Assembly (NCBI GenBank): GCA_028826165.1
Contig: JAPDFW010000070.1
Location: forward strand, 1,240,001 to 1,304,000
Direction: 5' to 3'
DNA length: 64,000 bases
Origin: Anaeramoeba ignava BMAN
Taxonomy: Eukaryota > Protista > Anaeramoebae
The notes below the pieces were generated by a model that was not told the origin of the DNA, did not search any database, and was given only the letters and a program-made list of their open reading frames with translations. Positions 63,982 to 64,000 of the stretch are shown here, piece by piece (within the stretch, counting starts at the first letter, position 1; each line of letters starts with the position of its first letter). A program made the position numbers and the translations under genes.

Positions 63982-64000
63982 CTTTTAAAATATATATAAA

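Noticed and set aside
1-64000. Inteins, transposases, tRNA/rRNA genes, alternative genetic code
   Set aside because: No Hint/LAGLIDADG, transposase or RT motifs and no structured-RNA-like segment recognised. Conserved genes (NSA2, HEX, APA) translate and terminate normally with the standard code.

Overview
Very AT-rich, gene-dense eukaryotic (protist) DNA with GT-AG introns, standard genetic code, often short intergenic spacers, and simple repeats in both introns and exons (AATCAA repeats give poly-NQ). The style (NQ tracts, expanded ankyrin-BTB genes) resembles the metamonad amoeba Anaeramoeba; this is an inference. I reconstructed about 21 genes by hand: Tweety/prominin-like (3' end), GH20 beta-hexosaminidase, TALE homeodomain, VPS9, RRM-macro-WWE, Treslin/Sld3-like, CCDC42/CFAP73-like, NSA2, AP5B1, four ankyrin-BTB genes, CNOT2-like, DUF5765, a GPSG rhomboid, Ap4A phosphorylase, HEATR6, D-glutamate cyclase, KNTC1/Rod and INTS3 (partial). 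There is also a 6.5-kb 11-bp satellite. Many frameshifts fall in homopolymers or repeats and look like long-read consensus errors. The best finding is the ankyrin-BTB cluster. Its fourth gene appears to contain two 3-nt microexons (AG|TCT|GT), each supplying one residue at an ankyrin beta-hairpin tip. The three adjacent intronless paralogues are hypervariable at those same binding-surface positions. Other notable signals are frequent AAG acceptors without a polypyrimidine tract and tandem TTTTCATTTT Inr-like elements before most start codons. All family calls come from motif recognition, not database searches.
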